NCBI RefSeq assembly: GCF_011745625.1
Contig: NW_027191452.1
Coordinates: 806,001-870,000, forward strand
Source of the DNA: Cladosporium halotolerans
Lineage: Eukaryota
Reading direction: 5' to 3'
Length of the DNA stretch: 64,000 bases
The notes below the pieces were generated by a model. That model made no database searches and was not told the DNA's origin. It saw only the letters and a list, made by a program, of their open reading frames with translations. The translations under genes were made by a program, and so were the position numbers. Positions 59,374 to 64,000 of this stretch are shown piece after piece; position 1 is the first letter of the stretch; each line of letters starts with the position of its first letter.

Positions 59374-60477
59374 ATGCCCACATCAGATCGCGAGGCGTAC
59401 GCTGCGATGAAAGAGTCTCGGGCTACCGCCATGCCGTCGCAAGGTACGCCGCGGTATGGTCGTTTCTCTAGACGCACGGTCATACTGGCCGGCGTAGCGG
59501 CCGCCCTCATAATCATAGGACTGGCAGTCGGCCTTGGGGTGGGCCTTGGCATTGGAAACAGCAATGACAACGGCGAAACCGAGTCGTCGCCAACACCGAC
59601 TTCAATTCCGCCGCCTAGTGGAAACAGCACGTCATGGCAACCGGCGGTCAACAGCACCTGGCAGATCGTGCTGAAAGAACCGATCAAGATGTCATCGGAC
59701 AACCAGACTACGGACCCCGATGTTGAAATTTTCGACATCGATCTGTTCACCAACTCCAACGAGACCATCAGTCTGCTCCATGACCTGGGGAAGAAGGTGA
59801 TCTGCTACTTTAGCGGTGGTTCGTATGAACCGTATCGTCCAGACTCCGCACAGTTCCAGCAGTCTGTCCTCGGCAAGCCCTTGGATGGCTGGGACGATGA
59901 GAAATGGATCGATATTCGCAGTGAAAGCGTCCGCAATATCATGGCAGAGAGAATCAAGCTTGCTAAAGAGAAGGGCTGTGACGCTGTCGACCCGGACAAT
60001 GTAGACGGCTACGTGAGAATGCCAGATGACCACCGTCCCGCGAATCAACTGACTGATTTGCAGAACAACGACAACGGCCTTGACCTCACTGCAGAGGACA
60101 CGATCGATTACATGGGATACCTTGCCAACGTGACCAGCTCGTACAACATCTCGATCGGCCTGAAGAACGCTGGCGAAGTGCTGACAAACCTCACATCCGT
60201 CGTGCAGTTCTCCGTCAACGAGCAATGCGTCCAATACAAGGAGTGCGAGACTTTCGCCCCGATGATTCAGGCCGGCAAACCTGTCTTCCATATCGAGTAC
60301 CCGAAAGGTGCGCCTGGTGATATCTCGGGTAAGACGGCAGCGGACCATTGCTCGAGATCGGGCGCCGGAAGTGGCAGCGACGAGTTCAGCTCGTTACTCA
60401 AAGGCGAGCTTCTCGACGGGTGGGTTGAGTACTGTGATCGCACCACCTTCAACACGTCGATGATCATGGAGGAATAA
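59374..60477 (+). CDS. ega3: GH114 endo-alpha-1,4-galactosaminidase Ega3-like, N-terminal TM anchor, 2 exons
   Basis: TM segment (AAALIIIGLAVGLGVGLGIG), WQIVL, DIDLF, KVICYFSGGSYE, GCDAVDPDNVDGY, GLKNA, VNEQC and KPVFHIEY. In-frame 51-nt intron 60013..60063 (GTGAGA...CTGAC...CAG). Confidence 0.88.
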   Translation: MPTSDREAYAAMKESRATAMPSQGTPRYGRFSRRTVILAGVAAALIIIGLAVGLGVGLGIGNSNDNGETESSPTPTSIPPPSGNSTSWQPAVNSTWQIVLKEPIKMSSDNQTTDPDVEIFDIDLFTNSNETISLLHDLGKKVICYFSGGSYEPYRPDSAQFQQSVLGKPLDGWDDEKWIDIRSESVRNIMAERIKLAKEKGCDAVDPDNVDGYVRMPDDHRPANQLTDLQNNDNGLDLTAEDTIDYMGYLANVTSSYNISIGLKNAGEVLTNLTSVVQFSVNEQCVQYKECETFAPMIQAGKPVFHIEYPKGAPGDISGKTAADHCSRSGAGSGSDEFSSLLKGELLDGWVEYCDRTTFNTSMIMEE

Positions 60478-60903
60478 TGACAAGAATGAAATTAGAGTTC
60501 AGAATGGAATGATTAAAGTTCAGGAATTTGTTATTTGCTGTGCCTCGGCCGTACTTTGAGTCGTTTGTTCAAGAGGTACGCTAGGCCCAGTAGCATGTAA
60601 CGGAGTGAGACATGGCCACGTGAAAACAATCGCTGGTACGCCTAAGACGAGGCCACGGTGCTGGGATCTGTGAAGAGACCCATGTGGTAGAACTGTGGTT
60701 CGCCTAAGACATTTTCGCGCAACTGGAATTCCGTGCAGAATCTCCGCGGGGCGGAGTGCAGCCCGCTGGACATGCAGCTCGAGAAGCGGCTGGCCGATCA
60801 CGCCGCCCTCGTGAAGCCCTCTCTTGGCCATTTCGAATTGCTCACGAGGCAGTGGCGACAGCGCGTCTATTCTTGAAAGTACAACAGTACAGGACATGTG
60901 AAA

Positions 60904-61101
60904 GCAGGAAAATGCCCTCAGTGTGACCGTGCGCTCTGAATATAGCTCCTACTGCAGGAGGTATTTCGCGCTGTACTTGATGCATCCCTGCTGCAGGGCG
61001 GCGCAGGAAAATGCCCTCAGTGTGACCGTGCGCTCTGAATATAGCTCCTACTGCAGGAGGTATTTCGCGCTGTACTTGATGCATCCCTGCTGCAGGGCGG
61101 C
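60904..61101. repeat. Exact tandem duplication, 2 x 99 bp
   Basis: 60904..61002 is identical to 61003..61101 (gcaggaaaatgccctcagtgtgacc...ccctgctgcagggcggc). Confidence 0.95.
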
Positions 61102-62776
61102 ACAGCACGAAGGTACGGTAGCTGGATAGTCAGGGACGTTCCGTCAAGGTTTCGGTGGCTTAAACTGTTCCTGGTCCTGCGAGCACGCCAGCTCTACACC
61201 GCCCGCCGCATCGGGCTGCTGCAGCCGTGCTCGGCTGTGCGGGAGCCCAGGCCACCGGGCTCGTCCCCGCGAATCCTTGGCGGCTTGCAACGTCAGTCGG
61301 TGGAGGAAGGATGCTTGCCCCTTGCGAGCTGGCATGGTCAAGGTCACCACGCGGTCGATCCTCCACTCAACCTCACCCGCCCATCGACCTCGCCGTGCTC
61401 GCTTGCCCGCACGACGTGATCGCGCTATTTCGGGCCCCGCACAACTTGATCGCAGCGGCCGCGCGCACGGCCGGCGTGCCCGTGTGCTGTCTTTCGTCTG
61501 CGTGTGCATGCTTGCGAGCTGTAAGGCCAGCCGGGCTGGGTCCCCAAACTCAACGCCTTGCCCTGACCCAGTGGGGCGTGGCCGCCCTCAGGCAGTACCA
61601 GCCGGAACGGGAACGCGAAGCTTCTGACGAGCCATGTGGTTCATACGCCCGACGAATGACATACCCCCGGAGGCGTTCCAAATGCCGTGGCCAATGACTC
61701 GGTCCCACCTCGACTTGCCCGCGGGCCTCGCCGCCTGAAGGTGCTCCAAGGCGCTCCTTCCCCTCCACCGCTGAGCGCCCGGAGCCTAGATACTCAATCT
61801 AGGCACGCTGCCGACGAAACAAGGCCGCGCTTCGGTCCCGGTAAGCTTTGCCATATGGCAAACCACTCGACCAGCCACTCGTGTGGCGGAGGTACCTCGT
61901 GGTGAAATCCTTTAGGAGAAACCTGAAAACGAGCTCACGCGGTCCTGGCCTGATCGTGGCTGAAGGGCTCGACGCGGCAGCCTCATTTGTGGCTCATCAG
62001 AAGCGCCAAAAAGCAAGAAAAGGTTGGAGTGAAACAGTAGCTCTGGTTGCTGATCAGGGACTTCGGCGTCTGCCGTATTGAGTGGCCTGGATTACGAGCG
62101 CTCCCAGCGTTACGCCCGCCTGTGTGATTGCTCGTTCTCAGCGTTTAGCGAAAACCTCTCCAGGACTGGCCTCAGGGCCGCGGTACTTGGCGGGGACGGA
62201 CTGTGTCTGTGCCTCCACCTCCTTAGACGAAGTCCCCCCGAATACAGAGCGCGAGGCAGGGATCCGTGACCGGGGTCCTTCCTAGTCGGCGAAATCAGCT
62301 CACGATTGAGGTTGGCCTCCATGCCTGTTCAGGAATTCGCGGGTCGTCTGCAGCTACAGCGTTCGCGCATGCCGTCCACCCGTTGCGAACGGACAAGCGG
62401 ACCGAGAGATTCACCTTGCTAGTCCTCAGCACAGTCCTCTTGTCTGCCTCATGGCCTGGAAGTGCCACGCGAGCCATGCTCTACCGAGTTCTGTCGGCGG
62501 CCTTAGCGGTCCAGAGCTGACACCCAAATCTTCAGTCAATGGCGTGCATCAGTCGATTGATCCGGTAGGCTACACACATCTCATCGGTCTCGACCCTTGC
62601 CTGTGGGATCGTTTCCTATATCAACAAGGCCTTGGTACTCCCTCCTTGCTCCGATCATCCACACGCTATCGTTGCTTAGCATACACCGGCCTTCAAACCC
62701 TCTCTTACTTCTTCGCAAGTCGGTGCAAGCGTCTCCTGTTACACTTCGACTACCACACACTCCCTTCTTAATCATA

Positions 62777-64000
62777 ATGCCTCACTCCATCCGCTCTGTT
62801 GCCTCTTCGGCATCTCTCTCGCCTGAGAGCACCGCTCCTTCCAGTCCCAACTCCTCTCAGATTCTGGACGACTCCCTCTCTCTTGCCAACGATGTGCTTC
62901 CCGCAGATGATGGCAAGCACTATGTCATGGTCCTCGGTGGCCTTGGTTACATCGGCTCTCACACCACCCTTGAGCTTCTCAAGGACGGCTACAACGTTGT
63001 TGTCGTCGACGACCTGAGCAACTGCTTCGAGGAGGTCCTCAACCCCATCAGGATCCTCGCCGAGGATTACTGCAGAGAGCAGGGCCTCATCATGCCCACT
63101 CTTCGATTCCACAAGATGGACTACAGGAGCGAGCAAATGCGTCAGCTCTTCCCCAGATACGCTGCCGCCAGGTCCTGTATTACCGGCGTCATTCACTTCG
63201 CTGCCTTCAAGTCGGTCGCTGAGTCCATCGAGCGCCCCCTCGCCTACTACCAGAACAACATCTGCGGACTCGTCGACCTTCTGGTCACTCTCCAGGAGAA
63301 CGGCATCAAGAACTTCGTCTTCTCCTCCTCTGCTACCGTCTACGGCGCTAAGGCCAACGAGGGCAAGCCTCTCCGCGAGGACGACCTTGTCCACTTCGAC
63401 GAGACTTACATCGATGAGATGGGCCAGGAGTGCCTCCGCATCAACGGCTCCAAAGGCCTCACCTGCCCTTACGGCCGCTCCAAGTACTTCGCCGAGGCCA
63501 TCCTCGCCGACCTTGCGAAGGCTGACCCTTCCATGCGCATTACCGCCCTCCGCTACTTCAACCCCGTCGGCTGCCACCCCTCTGGCATCCTTCGCGAGGA
63601 CCCCCGCCAGAAGCCCACCAACCTCTTCCCTGTCATCGCTTCCGTGATGAAGGGCAAGAAGCCCCAGCTCGAGGTCTTCGGCTCTGACTGGGAGACTCGC
63701 GACGGCACTGCCATTCGCGACTTCATCCACGTCATGGACCTTGCCCAAGGCCACGTCGCTGCCCTCGCCGCCGCGAAGGCGAATCCCAGCCGCGATTCCT
63801 TCAGGGCTTACAACCTGGGCACTGGCAACGGCATGACCGTTGCCGAAGTCATCTCCAGCTTTGAAAAGGCCTCCATGCAAAAGGTCCCTGCCGTTCTCGC
63901 GCCACGCCGCGCCGGCGATGTTGGCGCCTGCGTGGCCGCCACTCAACGCGCCGAGACGGAACTTGGCTGGACGACGGCAAAGGGCGTTGACGAGTGTGCC
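62777..64000 (+). CDS. uge3: UDP-glucose/UDP-GlcNAc 4-epimerase Uge3-like (runs off the right edge; not in the ORF track)
   Basis: Manual translation gives MPHSIRSVASS...VMVLGGLGYIGSHT (Rossmann), VIHFAAFKSVAES, FSSSATVYG, PYGRSKY (YxxxK), LRYFNPVG, RDFIHVMDLA and YNLGTG. Assigned as uge3 from its cluster context. Confidence 0.88.
   Translation, partial: MPHSIRSVASSASLSPESTAPSSPNSSQILDDSLSLANDVLPADDGKHYVMVLGGLGYIGSHTTLELLKDGYNVVVVDDLSNCFEEVLNPIRILAEDYCREQGLIMPTLRFHKMDYRSEQMRQLFPRYAAARSCITGVIHFAAFKSVAESIERPLAYYQNNICGLVDLLVTLQENGIKNFVFSSSATVYGAKANEGKPLREDDLVHFDETYIDEMGQECLRINGSKGLTCPYGRSKYFAEAILADLAKADPSMRITALRYFNPVGCHPSGILREDPRQKPTNLFPVIASVMKGKKPQLEVFGSDWETRDGTAIRDFIHVMDLAQGHVAALAAAKANPSRDSFRAYNLGTGNGMTVAEVISSFEKASMQKVPAVLAPRRAGDVGACVAATQRAETELGWTTAKGVDECA

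Noticed and set aside
60904..61101. Tandem repeat read as a CRISPR array or a repeat-protein gene
   Set aside because: Two identical units with no spacers in a eukaryotic genome. The translations have no recognisable domain or good start.
60520..62770. Possible sph3 remnant between ega3 and uge3
   Set aside because: None of the short ORFs contains spherulin-4 motifs (NP..GPG, GIFxDE).
62768..63946. 392-aa minus-strand ORF
   Set aside because: Antisense to the epimerase, which is the real gene on the plus strand and is missing from the track because it has no stop in the window.

Overview
This is gene-dense DNA from a filamentous ascomycete, with short GT-AG introns carrying CTRAC/CTAAC branch sites. 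The protein style suggests a Dothideomycete, but that is inference. I can support about 22 protein-coding genes, several of which needed manual splicing or were missed by the ORF track: a bZIP factor truncated at the left edge, a GH1 beta-glucosidase, a DUF1479/Gig2-like oxygenase, a CBM52 + six-hairpin glycosidase-like secreted protein, a GST, an Nnt1/Efm7-like methyltransferase, a HeLo/SesA-like + TPR-like protein, an FWD-1/beta-TrCP-like F-box/WD40 protein, a secreted deaminase, a Zn2Cys6 factor, Sen15, a GNAT and a DDX60/Ski2-like helicase. The right 12 kb holds a galactosaminogalactan (GAG) exopolysaccharide cluster (spherulin-4/Sph3-like, agd3, ega3, uge3; gtb3 is not in the window). The most unusual signals are (1) a 171-codon open frame continuing in frame directly after the TAG of the F-box/WD40 gene, a candidate for stop-codon editing or readthrough, (2) a ~210-nt structured, T-tailed element at 4.7-4.9 kb with an internally repeated motif, and (3) the rearranged GAG cluster with an exact 99-bp tandem duplication between ega3 and uge3. 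No tRNA, rRNA, CRISPR array or intact transposon was recognised. All family calls come from motif recognition by eye, not database searches.
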